Part shown: positions 63,333 to 64,000 of the stretch, piece by piece
Position numbering within the stretch: position 1 is the stretch's first letter
Layout: every line of letters begins with the position of its first letter
NCBI GenBank assembly: GCA_041665145.1
Contig: JBAYJK010000003.1
Coordinates: 69,177 to 133,176, forward strand
DNA from: Patescibacteria group bacterium
GTDB taxonomy: Bacteria; Patescibacteriota; Microgenomatia; UBA1406
Direction: 5' to 3'
DNA: 64,000 bases
Made by a program: the position numbers and the translations under genes
Notes under the pieces: model-generated
Databases searched by the model: none
Seen by the model: only the letters and a program-made list of their open reading frames with translations
Told to the model about the DNA's origin: nothing

Positions 63333-64000
63333 ATGAGAGTTGCATCCTACAATATATTAAGCGGTGGTTTTAATTCTTACAGTTATGATTCACCATTACC
63401 CGAGCGAATAGATATACTCAAAAAAGTAATTAAAAGTATTAATGCTGATTTTATTGGTCTTATAGATACTTTCAGGTGGGATAGTCTATATACCAACAAA
63501 CAACTAGCCGAGCTTTTTTCGTATAAAAGTGCCTATTGTATAAATTTGAATGACCAACGCTTGATAAAGAAAGGTCACAATAACGGAATAACCGTATTAA
63601 CTAATGTACCGGTTGATCATTTTGAAACAGTGAGGATCGAAACACGTAATGCAATTAAATCCACTCTTAAGATAAATAAAAACACTTTAGATATATTTAC
63701 GGTTTATTTGGATGATTTAAGCGAAGATACGAGAATATTGCAATCAAAAAAGTTGTTACAAAATGTCAGTCAGGACAATCCAACTATAGTCATGGGAGAT
63801 CTTAATACGCTCAGTGAACATGATATACCGAAAATTATTCCATTTATTGATCAATTAGCTACTGAAAGTCCTCAAATATATGAAGGCCTCCACTCAGTTT
63901 TAAGTGAAATGAAACGAGGGGAAGTAATAAAAATGTTTGAAGCTTATGGATTAAAAGATGCTGGAAAGAATGAAGGGCCCACTGCGCCTACAAGGTTAGT
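63333..64000 (+). CDS. endonuclease/exonuclease/phosphatase family protein (3' end outside window)
   Basis: This ORF is absent from the ORF track because it has no stop in the window. My own translation is MRVASYNILSGGF...TIVMGDLNTL... The frame stays open to base 64000. TAAAAT lies 6 nt upstream of the ATG. Confidence 0.75.
   Translation, partial: MRVASYNILSGGFNSYSYDSPLPERIDILKKVIKSINADFIGLIDTFRWDSLYTNKQLAELFSYKSAYCINLNDQRLIKKGHNNGITVLTNVPVDHFETVRIETRNAIKSTLKINKNTLDIFTVYLDDLSEDTRILQSKKLLQNVSQDNPTIVMGDLNTLSEHDIPKIIPFIDQLATESPQIYEGLHSVLSEMKRGEVIKMFEAYGLKDAGKNEGPTAPTRL

Noticed and set aside
1-64000. An alternative genetic code (UGA=Gly, code 25, as in some CPR lineages)
   Set aside because: TGA terminates well-supported ORFs (for example 247-249 and 19561-19563). 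Conserved proteins are full-length under the standard code with no in-frame TGA needed.

Overview
This is a 64-kb segment of a low-GC bacterial chromosome that uses the standard genetic code (TGA, TAA and TAG all act as stops). All protein calls come from motifs read in the supplied translations. No database or HMM search was run. The gene content (many orphan proteins, a DUF2079/GT2 envelope module, small single-gene units, almost no Shine-Dalgarno sequences) resembles an uncultivated Patescibacteria/CPR-like lineage, but I cannot verify that here. I call about 77 CDS and 1 tRNA. There is no rRNA, CRISPR array, integrase or intact IS element. Bases 1-40,000 look like core chromosome. They hold an Nramp-related transporter coupled to a CBS protein, glnA, an ABC exporter, an ATP-grasp/cupin pair, one RayT-like HUH transposase with its palindrome, an OmpR/HK pair, apbE, kbl-tdh, rlmN and a RecD-like helicase. 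They also hold DUF2079-GT2-2xNUDIX-SDR, zur-znuABC, a P2-type ATPase, two tandem S9-like hydrolases, DipZ plus a thioredoxin, and ArsR/thioredoxin-like/permease. Bases 40,000-64,000 are accessory. They consist of unrelated, individually promoted small genes (HAD, GNAT, ParB-like+SET, deaminase, alpha/beta hydrolases, RhuM-Fic, peptidase E, a Zn-ribbon/membrane pair, GrpB, DUF2975+HTH, EEP) whose junctions carry four families of 40-55 nt repeats. This accessory part is interrupted by a 12.5-kb metal-homeostasis block at 47.5-60.0 kb. That block abuts tRNA-Gln(UUG) and is bounded at its far end by a degenerate copy of the tRNA 3' end. Four things stand out most: (1) the repeat-bounded cassette field and tRNA-flanked island, which has no recombinase; (2) a pervasive leaderless-type promoter architecture, with a TATAAT box 5-8 nt from the start codon at about 35 genes; (3) direct-repeat operator candidates for both two-component systems, which predict small regulons; (4) a GC-rich REP-like palindrome present once downstream of, and once in-frame inside, the RayT-like gene.
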